A DNA stretch of 51,485 bases from Gemmatimonadales bacterium (GTDB lineage: Bacteria > Gemmatimonadota > Gemmatimonadetes > Gemmatimonadales > GWC2-71-9). Each line of letters begins with the position of its first letter. The stretch's first letter is position 1. The stretch spans positions 1 to 51,485 of the forward strand of contig JBBRGF010000002.1 in NCBI GenBank assembly GCA_038240975.1, read 5' to 3'. The notes under the pieces are model-generated. The model saw only the letters and a program-made list of their open reading frames with translations, ran no database searches and had not been told where the DNA came from. The translations under genes were made by a program, and so were the position numbers. Shown in pieces: positions 1 through 6,440 of this stretch.

Positions 1-569
1 ACCGGGGGACAGGTGCCCGCGAACGCAATCTTGAGCTCGGGGCCATGCTGCGCTCGCAGATATCGGGCCTCCGCCACCGCCGGAACGGTGACCGGCGCGA
101 GGTAAGGCACGAGCTCGGGATACTGCGACCGGACCGTCTCCACGACTACCGGATCGGTGGACCGGATCATGGTACCCCAGGGCTCGTTTTCCCAGAGCTT
201 AAGGTATTCTGCCGCAACGAGCTCATCACCGATTACGCCACGGGTTACGGCCCGGAAGCCGGCGGCGTAGCAGGCGTTGATGAGCTGTTCTGGTGTGGCC
301 GGATAAAAGTGGGCGACGGATTCGGGGCTCAGGATGAGCACCCCGTCGCCCTCGGAAGCCATCGCGAGGGCCCGCCCGATCTCGCCATTTACCTTGACCG
401 CGCCGTGGGGGCAGGCCGGGACGCACTGGCCACACCGAATGCACGATTCATCGACGACCTGAAGGAGCAGCAATGGCTCGTCGCCCGCCACCGCGATGGC
501 GTCGGTGGGGCATATCCGCACGCATGCCAAGCATGCGACACAGAGCTCCGCGTCGATGACGAAATTCAA
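1..569 (-). CDS. 4Fe-4S dicluster / Fe-only-hydrogenase large-subunit C-domain-like protein (5' part; gene runs off the left edge)
   Basis: My own reverse-strand translation reads (TTG)NFVIDAELCVACLACVRICPTDAIAV..ESCIRCGQCVPACPHGAVKVNGEIGRALAMASEGDGVLILSPESVAHFYPATPEQLINACYAAGFRAVTRGVIGDELVAAEYLKLWE.. It has two CxxCxxCxxxCP ferredoxin motifs followed by hydrogenase-large-subunit-C-like sequence. It is absent from the ORF track because it has no stop in the window. TTG at 569-567 is the only canonical in-frame start after the upstream TAA. Confidence 0.75.
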   Translation of the reverse strand, partial: MNFVIDAELCVACLACVRICPTDAIAVAGDEPLLLLQVVDESCIRCGQCVPACPHGAVKVNGEIGRALAMASEGDGVLILSPESVAHFYPATPEQLINACYAAGFRAVTRGVIGDELVAAEYLKLWENEPWGTMIRSTDPVVVETVRSQYPELVPYLAPVTVPAVAEARYLRAQHGPELKIAFAGTCPP

Positions 570-603
570 ATGGGTCTGGCCGCCATATTGGAGGGACTTA
601 TCT

Positions 604-618
604 GCAATTTGACGGCCG
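604..618 (-). promoter_or_regulatory. candidate sigma-54 (-24/-12) promoter upstream of the Fe-S gene
   Basis: The minus strand reads cCGGCCGTCAAATTGCA. GG-N10-GC spacing is correct and the -12 element TTGCA is perfect. The -24 element is degenerate (CGGCCG versus TGGCAC). It lies about 35 nt upstream of the TTG start and directly downstream of a sigma-54 activator gene. Confidence 0.35.
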
Positions 619-709
619 GGAGAGATACTGTCAATAGCCAGGACTGATGCAAAGTAATGATACAGTAGAACTTAGGACGCGCGCTTCAAAACGCATCCAC
701 TGGGCTAAA

Positions 710-2215
710 TCATTCCAGGTGATAGGCTTTGATTTTCCGGTAGAGGGTGCGCTCCCCGATGCCTAAAATCTCGGCAGCTCTCCGGCGGTTGCCCCGGTGC
801 TCCTTGAGCACGGCATCGATCGTCGCCTTTTCCACGTCCGCCATGGTCATGCCCGGCCTGTACACCACCGGGCCGTTGCCATCCCGCTCCTCCTCGGAGA
901 CGACCTCGGCGACGGTTGCATGGTCAGACAAATCAATGACTTGCACCCTCTGGGGGTGGTTGTCGAGCCGCCGGCGAAGCTCCTCCACCTGAAGCTTGAG
1001 GTCCACCAGGCTTCGCAGGATGAACTCCAGTTCGTGCCCGGGAAGGTCCCTCCCCAGGGGCGGGAGACGAACCGGGAGCAGACTGCCGGGGCCATCGAGG
1101 ATATCGGAGGGAATATCGGAAGCCCGGATCTCGGCACCCGGTGCCAGGACGACCATCGACTCGATGAGGTTGCGAAGCTGACGCACGTTGCCCGGCCACG
1201 GCGCATTCACCAGCCGCTCCATGGCCTCGGGGGTGATGCCCCGGAAAGTCCGGTCGTGCTCCCGGGCCAGATCGCGGATGAACCGGCGGACGAGCAGCGG
1301 AATGTCTTCGCGTCGTTCCCTGAGCGGCGGCAGGTAGATGTTGAGGACGTTGAGGCGGTAGTAGAGGTCGTCCCGGAACTCGCCGAGGGCGACCGCGTCT
1401 CGAAGGGACCGGTTGGTGGCGGCCAGGACCCTGACGTCCACTTTGATCGGCTGCACGCCGCCGACCCGGAAGAAGGTGCGGCTCTCGAGGACCCTCAAGA
1501 GCTTGACCTGGGTGGCGGGCGGGATCTCGCCGATCTCGTCCAGAAAGATCGTCCCGCCATCGGCCAGCTCGAACCGTCCGAGCCTCCGCTCCGCCGCGCC
1601 GGTGAAGGCCCCTTTCTCGTGGCCGAACAGCTCGGATTCGAGCAGAGTGTCGGGCAGCGCGGCGCAGTTGACGGCAATGAACGGCTTGCCGCGCCTGGGT
1701 GAGAGATCATGAATCGCCTTGGCCACCAGCTCCTTGCCCGTGCCGCTTTCGCCCTGAATGAGCAGCGTGCTCGAAACCGGAGCCATCTGCTCGATTTTGA
1801 CCAGCAGTTCCTGGATCGCGGCGCTCTCGCCGAAAATGCCGGTGCGCTGCTGGAGCTTGCGTCGCTCGATGAGCCTCCGGGCCGTGGCCACCGCATCGTC
1901 TGGCGCCACCGGCTTCATCATGGTCTCGGTAACGCCCAGCCGGCCGACCCGCTCCGCACGCTCCGAGTCGGTGGGTTCCAGAATGGCGAGTGTCGAGATT
2001 TCGCTGTCGCGAGCCAGCGTGGCCAGCTGCTCCGCGTGCGGCTCGTGCACCGCGCCGGTGAGGATCACGAGCTCGGGATTCTCTCGCCGCACCGTACCTC
2101 TCGCATCGTCGAGCGACGAGAACATCGCGGTGGAAAAGCCCGCACTCTCGAACGCCGCGTTGAGACGTACGGCGGTCTCGAGATCGTCCATCGTGATGAG
2201 GATCTGGGAAGGCAT
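710..2215 (-). CDS. sigma-54-dependent transcriptional activator (NtrC family) with degenerate receiver domain
   Basis: The AAA+ core carries GESGTGKE and the GAFTGA loop (EKGAFTGA), and there is a C-terminal Fis-type HTH (AAEILGIGERTLYRKIK). The real start MPSQILITMDD is an ATG verified at 2215-2213. The 122 codons upstream in the track ORF are Arg/Gly-rich and overlap mogA. Confidence 0.92.
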   Translation of the reverse strand: MPSQILITMDDLETAVRLNAAFESAGFSTAMFSSLDDARGTVRRENPELVILTGAVHEPHAEQLATLARDSEISTLAILEPTDSERAERVGRLGVTETMMKPVAPDDAVATARRLIERRKLQQRTGIFGESAAIQELLVKIEQMAPVSSTLLIQGESGTGKELVAKAIHDLSPRRGKPFIAVNCAALPDTLLESELFGHEKGAFTGAAERRLGRFELADGGTIFLDEIGEIPPATQVKLLRVLESRTFFRVGGVQPIKVDVRVLAATNRSLRDAVALGEFRDDLYYRLNVLNIYLPPLRERREDIPLLVRRFIRDLAREHDRTFRGITPEAMERLVNAPWPGNVRQLRNLIESMVVLAPGAEIRASDIPSDILDGPGSLLPVRLPPLGRDLPGHELEFILRSLVDLKLQVEELRRRLDNHPQRVQVIDLSDHATVAEVVSEEERDGNGPVVYRPGMTMADVEKATIDAVLKEHRGNRRRAAEILGIGERTLYRKIKAYHLE

Positions 2216-2265
2216 GACATGAAGATAAGCGCAGCGTCGTGGCCTACGTGCCGCGGAGGCGACCA

Positions 2266-2751
2266 TCAGTGGTCCGGCTTCACCCCCCTCACCAGCTCCA
2301 CCGCATGCTCCACGATATCCGCCAGCACCGCGAGTCCGTCGCGTACTCCGCCCGGGCTGCCTGGCAGGTTTACGATCAGCGAGCGGCCGCGGACGCCCGC
2401 CGTGCCCCGCGAAAGCGCCGCCCGGTGGAAGCGCGGATACGCGCTCATGCGGATGGCTTCGGCGATACCGGGCGCTTCCTTGTCGAGCACCGCTCTCGTC
2501 GCTTCGGGTGTGACGTCGCGGGACGTGAGCCCGGTTCCGCCGGTGGTAAGGATCAGGTCGGCCCGGTCGCCGTCGGCCCACGCGACGAGCATGGCCGCGA
2601 TTCGCTCGGTCTCGTCGGGAACGAGCTCACGTGCGGCAAGTGGGTACGCGCGCTCGGCGGCCCAGGTGGCGATCGCATCGCCCGAGGCGTCGTGCCGCTC
2701 GCCCCGGTGGCCAGCGTCGGAAATGGTGAGGATGGCAAGACGGATGGTCAC
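2266..2751 (-). CDS. mogA: molybdenum cofactor biosynthesis protein (MogA/MoaB family)
   Basis: MTIRLAILTISD..ADLILTTGGTGLTSRDVTPEA..IVNLPGSPGGV are typical MoCF_biosynth domain motifs. 161 aa. Confidence 0.88.
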   Translation of the reverse strand: MTIRLAILTISDAGHRGERHDASGDAIATWAAERAYPLAARELVPDETERIAAMLVAWADGDRADLILTTGGTGLTSRDVTPEATRAVLDKEAPGIAEAIRMSAYPRFHRAALSRGTAGVRGRSLIVNLPGSPGGVRDGLAVLADIVEHAVELVRGVKPDH

Positions 2752-2757
2752 CGGAAC

Positions 2758-3858
2758 CTACTTCCGCACCGATCCATGCTTGTAAAACGGCCTCGAAGCC
2801 ACGACCGCCGGAAGGCGCTCCCCCCTGCAGTCGACCTCGAAGCGGGTGCCCACCTTGGCTGCGGCCGCGGGCAGATAGGTGGTTCCGAGACCGCGGCCGA
2901 GCGAGGGGCTCATCGTTCCACTCCGCACGAGGTCCACCTCACGACCCTCGTGATACACGGGATAGCCGTGACGGGGGAAGCCCCGGCCCTCCAGCTCGAA
3001 GCCGACGAGCTTTCGCGTAACGCCCCGTTGCTTCTGCGAGCGGAGTGCGACGTCGCCGACGAAGGGCGCGCCCTTGTCGAGCTTGACGATCCAGCCGAGC
3101 CCGGCCTCGAGCGGAGTGATGGTGTCGTCGATGTCGTTGCCGTAGAGGGCGTAGCCCATCTCGAGCCGCAGGGAGTCCCGCGCGCCGAGGCCGATCGGAA
3201 CGGCGCCCGCTGCGGTGATGGCTTCCCAGAGCGCCACGGTATCCCGTTCGCGGCAGTACAGCTCGAACCCGTCCTCCCCGGTGTACCCGGTGCGCGAGAT
3301 GAAGCAGCCGGCGCCGGCCACCTCTCCCGTCGCAAAGTGGTAGTACCCTATGTCGGAGAGTGAGACCGGGGTCAACGGCTGAAGGAGCGCCTGGGACGTC
3401 GGCCCCTGAAGGGCCAGGAGTCCCACCTCGGCTGAGATGTCTTTCAGTCTGACGTTCACGCCGCCTTTGAGCGCCACGATGTGATCCCACGCGCGTGCGA
3501 CGTTCGAGGCGTTGACCACGATCATCATCTTGTCGTCGAACCGATAGACGGTGCAGTCGTCGATGAACGTGCCCTCGGTGGTGAGGATCGCGGAATACTG
3601 CACACCCCCGGCCTCGAGCGCCGCAACGTCGTTACAGGTGACGCGATTGACGAACGCATTCCGGTCGGGGCCGGTGACCTCGAACTCTCCCATATGCGAG
3701 ATGTCGAACAGTCCCACCCCGGTGCGCACCGCCCGGTGCTCCGCGAGAATGCCCGTCGTGTATTGCACCGGCATCTCCCAACCGGCGAACGGCACCATCT
3801 TGGCGCCGAGCTGCCGGTGAACCTCGTAGAGCGGGGTGCGTTGCAAGGTCAGACCCAC
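2758..3858 (-). CDS. gcvT: glycine cleavage system aminomethyltransferase T
   Basis: [28 protein letters not shown].. is homologous to GcvT along the full length. The start is ambiguous. ATG 3924 would overlap argF by 76 nt. GTG 3858 and TTG 3846 give a canonical N-terminus. None of them has a clear SD. Confidence 0.9.
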   Translation of the reverse strand: MGLTLQRTPLYEVHRQLGAKMVPFAGWEMPVQYTTGILAEHRAVRTGVGLFDISHMGEFEVTGPDRNAFVNRVTCNDVAALEAGGVQYSAILTTEGTFIDDCTVYRFDDKMMIVVNASNVARAWDHIVALKGGVNVRLKDISAEVGLLALQGPTSQALLQPLTPVSLSDIGYYHFATGEVAGAGCFISRTGYTGEDGFELYCRERDTVALWEAITAAGAVPIGLGARDSLRLEMGYALYGNDIDDTITPLEAGLGWIVKLDKGAPFVGDVALRSQKQRGVTRKLVGFELEGRGFPRHGYPVYHEGREVDLVRSGTMSPSLGRGLGTTYLPAAAAKVGTRFEVDCRGERLPAVVASRPFYKHGSVRK

Positions 3859-4763
3859 GTAGGGGAAAGGAGAAAAGCCATGAGGGCCTTCTGCACGTGC
3901 AGCCTGTTTTCGGCCTCGTCCCATACCCGCGACTGCGGTCCCTCGATGACCTCGTCCGCGACCTCTTCACCCCGATGGGCGGGGAGGCAATGGAGAAAGA
4001 TCGCCCCGGGATCGGCCAGGCGCATCAGGGCCGGATCGACGATGTAGCCCGCGAAGGCCCGCGCCCGGGTCTCCTGTTCCTGCTCCTGCCCCATCGACGC
4101 CCAGACATCGGTGTTCACCACGTGCGCCCCTCGCACCGCTTCTCGCGGATCGGTGGTGAGGGTGACCCGGGTCTTGGCACGGTTGCGCTCCAGAATCTCG
4201 GCGTTCGGCTCGTATCCGCTCGGGCAGGCAAGTCGCAGCTCGAAGCCAAGGGTGCCCGCGGCGTTGAGCCAGCTGTTGGCCATGTTGTTCCCGTCGCCAA
4301 CCCAGGCGATCACCTTGTCATTCCATGTTCCGAGGCTCTCCCTGACGGTAAGGAGATCGGCGAGCACCTGGCAGGGATGCAGGAGATCGGTGAGTCCGTT
4401 GATCACGGGGATCGTGCCGTAGCGGGCCAGCTCCTCGACATCGGGGTGATCGAAGGTTCGGATCATGATGCCGTCGAGGTACCGCGAGAGCACACGCGCC
4501 GTATCGCGGATCGGCTCGCCGCGGCCGAGCTGGATGTCACGTGAAGAGAGGAAGAGGGCGTGACCGCCCAGCTGGTACGCTCCGACCTCGAAGGACACAC
4601 GGGTTCGCGTCGAGCTCTTGGCGAATATCATCCCCAGCGTCTTTCCCGCCAGGGGCTTTTCGCGGTATGTCCCCGCCTTCATCCTTGCCGCGAGCTCCAT
4701 GAGACCGATCAGCTCGGCTGGGGCGAGGTCGGGAATGGCGAGGAAGTGGCGGGCAGGAGTCAT
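3849..4763 (-). CDS. argF: ornithine carbamoyltransferase
   Basis: It has the STRTR motif (KSSTRTRVSFE), HPCQ, and the DVWASMG and HCLPA motifs. Start MTPARHFLAIPDL is an ATG verified at 4763-4761. Confidence 0.93.
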   Translation of the reverse strand: MTPARHFLAIPDLAPAELIGLMELAARMKAGTYREKPLAGKTLGMIFAKSSTRTRVSFEVGAYQLGGHALFLSSRDIQLGRGEPIRDTARVLSRYLDGIMIRTFDHPDVEELARYGTIPVINGLTDLLHPCQVLADLLTVRESLGTWNDKVIAWVGDGNNMANSWLNAAGTLGFELRLACPSGYEPNAEILERNRAKTRVTLTTDPREAVRGAHVVNTDVWASMGQEQEQETRARAFAGYIVDPALMRLADPGAIFLHCLPAHRGEEVADEVIEGPQSRVWDEAENRLHVQKALMAFLLSPTWV

Positions 4764-4973
4764 GAGAGTCGAATGAGGGGACGGAGGCATCGGTCGGGTG
4801 GGGATTGTAGTCTGGGGGCGTCGGGCGAGCAATGTCTGGAACCGATCGTCCCGAGCAGAATCACCAGGCGCGGGCCGTGTCTGGCGTGATCACCCGAGCC
4901 GTGCTTGACGGGCTCGGTCTCCCACCGCATATCGGGGCATGCGCCTGACTCTGGCTAGGGTGAGGGAGCGAAG

Positions 4974-5819
4974 ATGATCCCGGTGGAGGACGCGCTGCGG
5001 GCGGCGCTGGCGCCCCGCTATCGATTGGATCACGAGCTCGGGCGAGGCGCCATGGCCGCCGTGTTTCTCGCCGAGGACCGGAAGTCCGGCATGCGGGTCG
5101 CCGTGAAGGTGGTTCGGCCAGAGCTGACGGCCATTCTGGGGCCGGCGCGGTTTCACCGGGAAATTCAAGTCCTCAAACGACTGCGACACCCCAGGATCGT
5201 GCCGCTGCTCGACTCCAGCGCCGCCGCCGGGATCCTGTACCTGGTGATGCCGTACGTGGATGGCGAGAATCTCCGGGCGCGCCTGCAACGGGAGGGCCAG
5301 CTATCGATGGCGGCGACGCTCGCCCTGGCCGGCGACATCGCGGCCGCCCTCGATTACGCCAGCGGAGAGAACGTCATTCATCGGGACATCAAGCCAGAGA
5401 ACATCCTGCTCCAGGGCGATCGGGCCCTGGTATGCGACTTCGGGCTGGCGCGCGCGCTCGACCGGGCGGCGGTGGAGCCGATCTCGTCGAGCGGGCTGGT
5501 GCTGGGAACCCCCACGTACATGAGCCCGGAGCAGGCGATGGCCGACCCCGATCTGACCGCCTCCTCTGACATCTACGCCATGGGGTGCGTGGTGTACGAG
5601 ATGTTGACCGGGGAGCCGCCGTTCACAGGCAGCAGTCCGCAGGCGATCATCGCCCGGCAGCTCGGCGAGCGGCCCCGGCCGATCAGGACGGTGCGGCCGG
5701 AAGTGACGCCGGAGATGGAGCTCGCCGTGCTGGCCGCGCTGGCCAAAGAGCCAGAGGCGCGGCCGGGCAGCGGAGCTCAATTCATACGCCTGATGGCGGG
5801 AGGCCTGCATCTTACTTGA
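4974..5819 (+). CDS. Ser/Thr protein kinase, kinase domain only (281 aa)
   Basis: It has the Gly-loop GRGAMAAV, VAVK, HRDIKPENILL, DFGLA and GTPTYMSPEQ. It ends about 20 aa after the kinase domain. An SD-like GAGGGAG precedes the ATG. Confidence 0.9.
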   Translation: MIPVEDALRAALAPRYRLDHELGRGAMAAVFLAEDRKSGMRVAVKVVRPELTAILGPARFHREIQVLKRLRHPRIVPLLDSSAAAGILYLVMPYVDGENLRARLQREGQLSMAATLALAGDIAAALDYASGENVIHRDIKPENILLQGDRALVCDFGLARALDRAAVEPISSSGLVLGTPTYMSPEQAMADPDLTASSDIYAMGCVVYEMLTGEPPFTGSSPQAIIARQLGERPRPIRTVRPEVTPEMELAVLAALAKEPEARPGSGAQFIRLMAGGLHLT

Positions 5820-6089
5820 AGGGCGGCTTGGGCGGAGGGGCAACGGTCCGTTTGGTAGACCGACCTTACGGCGTAACTTGTTCACCTCGGACCAGACCTT
5901 CTGTTGCCACATGTGCTCATTCCTGAGCCAGATTTTCAGCTTTGCCTCGTACTTTGGGGGGGATGGGGACGTCGGATTGGGGTCCGCGCGGTGCCATGAG
6001 CGTACTCCTTCAGGTTGGGAGCGAGATGATTTGCGGCGATATCCGTTCTACCTGGTCTTCGGGCCACCCGCGCCCAGAGTTCGAGGCTG
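5709..6089. repeat. tandem segmental duplication, copy A (degenerate)
   Basis: 5709-5784 resembles 6087-6160, 5812-6000 resembles 6235-6440, and 6032-6089 resembles 6519-6576. The order and orientation are the same as in copy B. Confidence 0.8.
5812..5997 (-). pseudogene. frameshifted paralog of the 66-aa ORF at 6235-6435
   Basis: The SD (GGAG) and ATG are conserved. The homologous core KYEAKLKIWLRNEHMWQQKVWSEVNKLRRK (compare KKWKEWLKDEYDWQQDLVTRVNKLWRD) is out of frame with that ATG after a C7 run. It is also out of frame with the conserved ..PPPKPPFK-stop tail. Confidence 0.7.
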
Positions 6090-6182
6090 ATGGAGATGGG
6101 GGTCGTGACGGCGCTGGTCAAGGAGCCGGAGGCGCGGCCCGGGAAGCGGAGCTGAATTCAGAAGCCAAATTGCGGGAGCCGT

Positions 6183-6216
6183 CTGACAGGCGCACGACTC
6201 CCGAATCGCCTGTCAG
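6183..6216 (-). terminator. 10-bp perfect-stem hairpin downstream of the small ORF
   Basis: CTGACAGGCG (6183-6192) pairs with CGCCTGTCAG (6207-6216) around a 14-nt loop. It is absent from duplication copy A. There is no clear U-tract. Confidence 0.4.
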
Positions 6217-6234
6217 GTGGCTTCGAACCGCATG

Positions 6235-6435
6235 CTATTTAAAGGGCGGCTTGGGCGGAGGCGGCAAGTCGGTCGGCGGGCCTGGATGACCGGCATCCCG
6301 CCACAGTTTGTTCACCCTGGTCACGAGGTCCTGTTGCCAGTCATACTCATCCTTGAGCCACTCCTTCCACTTCTTGGTGACCCTGTCGAGGTCGCTGACG
6401 GGACGTTTCGGCGACGTACGTTTTGGCATTAGCAT
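6235..6435 (-). CDS. small Lys/Trp-rich protein with proline-rich tail (hypothetical)
   Basis: M(LM)PKRTSPKRPVSDLDRVTKKWKEWLKDEYDWQQDLVTRVNKLWRDAGHPGPPTDLPPPPKPPFK. A GGAG lies 7 nt upstream of the second ATG (6429). It starts 5-11 nt after the kinase stop, and a degenerate paralog lies nearby. I recognise no family. Confidence 0.6.
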   Translation of the reverse strand: MLMPKRTSPKRPVSDLDRVTKKWKEWLKDEYDWQQDLVTRVNKLWRDAGHPGPPTDLPPPPKPPFK

Positions 6436-6440
6436 ACTCC

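Noticed and set aside
45-647. 200-aa plus-strand ORF at the left edge
   Set aside because: It is the antisense shadow of a minus-strand gene whose translation shows two textbook CxxCxxCxxxCP ferredoxin motifs. The plus-strand product is Arg/Gly/Asp-rich and has no recognisable motif.
2216-2581. Long N-terminal extensions of track ORFs (for example 710-2581, 11046-12770, 12592-13182, 14242-15822, 18537-19883, 26005-27018, 30814-34320, 46907-47938, 48061-48903, 48987-49940)
   Set aside because: The extensions are Arg/Pro/Gly-rich, overlap the upstream gene or promoter, and precede an internal ATG/GTG that gives the canonical family N-terminus. I verified each internal start codon position in the sequence.
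4189-4203. TGGCACGGTTGCG and several other TGGCAC/GTGCCA occurrences (15281, 33796, 46516, 47675) as sigma-54 promoters
   Set aside because: They have the wrong GG-to-GC spacing or lack the TTGC element, and they lie inside coding regions.
5301-5912. 203-aa minus-strand ORF starting MWQQKVWSEVNKL
   Set aside because: Only its first ~20 codons resemble the small ORF at 6235-6435. The rest is read-through antisense to the kinase gene, caused by the frameshift in the decayed copy.
6217-6233. tRNA-like GGCTTCGAACCGC motif
   Set aside because: No acceptor stem or cloverleaf can be drawn around it. It lies between a hairpin and the stop of the small ORF.
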